From Chthonomonadales bacterium (GTDB lineage Bacteria; Armatimonadota; Chthonomonadetes; Chthonomonadales; Chthonomonadaceae): DNA of 19,378 nucleotides. Positions within the stretch are counted from its first letter, which is position 1. Each line of letters begins with the position of its first letter. The notes below the pieces were generated by a model. That model saw only the letters and a program-made list of their open reading frames with translations, was not told where the DNA came from and searched no databases. The position numbers and the translations under genes were made by a program. Shown here piece after piece: positions 18,770-19,378 of this stretch. The DNA lies in contig JBBQPO010000096.1 of the NCBI GenBank assembly GCA_038217285.1, forward strand, positions 1 through 19,378, in the 5' to 3' direction.

Positions 18770-19070
18770 ATGCAGGTGAGAAGCCGATGAAGCGGAGATA
18801 TGCTGTTTCTGGACGCCGCCTCGCCGCTTGGGCGGGGTGGGAGGCGCAGGTCTATCCGGTACTGGGGATTCCAGACCGGGTGGCGAAGATCTATGCGCCG
18901 GGCAAGGCGACGACGGAACGCGCCCGCAATCTGGCGGCGACCACACGGGCCGTCCATGCGCGGAGTTACGTAATCGGGGATCTGAAACACTCCAACGTGC
19001 TGGTGTCGCCGAAAGCGCTCGTCACGCTCGTGGACACCGACTCTTTTCAGGCAGGGGATCCGAACAGCCT
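18770..19070 (+). pseudogene. YegI-like Ser/Thr kinase pseudogene
   Basis: AAGGAG RBS and ATG at 18770, premature TGA at 18788, frameshift in LGRGG/EAQVY near 18840. VAKIY...TERA is joined to RNLAATTRAVHARSYVIGDLKHSNVLV...LVDTDSFQ, after which similarity is lost. Confidence 0.82.
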
Positions 19071-19110
19071 GCGGATCAATCCCGTCTTCTTAAGAGTTGT
19101 TCTACTTGCT

Positions 19111-19257
19111 GTAAACTCTGCACCTCGAAGACCTCGCCATTCGGTTTACGGATCCGAGTCGAGTATTTTCGAGCGTTCTTCCCAGGATACGGTTTTCGCA
19201 TGCTGGTCGGCGAAGAGGATGTTTGCATGCCCATTGGCACCGTTGTCTCCTCCGTGA
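19111..19257. repeat. Direct repeat copy 2 (147 bp)
   Basis: About 94% identical to 17392..17537 by manual alignment. Confidence 0.92.
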
Positions 19258-19378
19258 AAAAAGTGATAGTCTCCTAGAAGCGCGGTCGGAAACGGCCTTT
19301 TCGGCGGCACTGGGAATACGGCGTGATTTCAGGTGAGATCAGGCTCCCAACGGCATTTCGCCAGCCCAAGGCAACCCA
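19146..19378 (-). pseudogene. 3' end of a second prepilin/H-X9-DG-type gene, apparently disrupted and running off the window
   Basis: Reads ...PTALLGDYHFFHGGDNGANGHANILFADQHAKTVSWEERSKILDSDP*. An in-frame TGA at 19331-19329 lies upstream of this segment. Confidence 0.6.

Noticed and set aside
17392..19257. Repeat pair as a diversity-generating retroelement template/variable region
   Set aside because: The seven differences are transitions in both directions, not confined to adenines of one copy, and no reverse transcriptase is in the window.
18787..19257. 156-aa ORF as an intact kinase
   Set aside because: It is a chimera of an out-of-frame start, a deleted kinase core and read-through into the antisense strand of the repeat.

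Overview
GC-rich bacterial chromosome segment; the gene content (prepilin/H-X9-DG genes, obg-proB order) suggests an Armatimonadota- or Planctomycetota-like lineage, which is an inference. Left part: a SHOCT-motif operon (DUF2089-like 3' end, DUF4097/YvlB-like gene, double-SHOCT gene), an orphan ABC-2-type permease, obgE and proB. From ~5761 to ~11760 lies an accessory island, visibly lower in GC over the methyltransferase region. It holds a beta-class DNA methyltransferase with an unclassified putative endonuclease, a degraded hipB-hipA-type toxin-antitoxin pair, a PilC/GspF-like protein lacking transmembrane helices, a chloramphenicol-phosphotransferase-like kinase, a 10-bp repeat cluster and an AlbA_2/HATPase_c_4/HTH protein. 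Next come icd-mdh, two tandem membrane-protein paralogs, a 69-aa mini-prepilin, and an intact PP2C gene followed by a broken YegI-like kinase; the last two lie between ~146-bp direct repeats. The most unusual signal is that at least four unrelated genes have lost their middle by end-to-end internal deletion, some staying in frame. All family calls are from motif recognition, with no database search.
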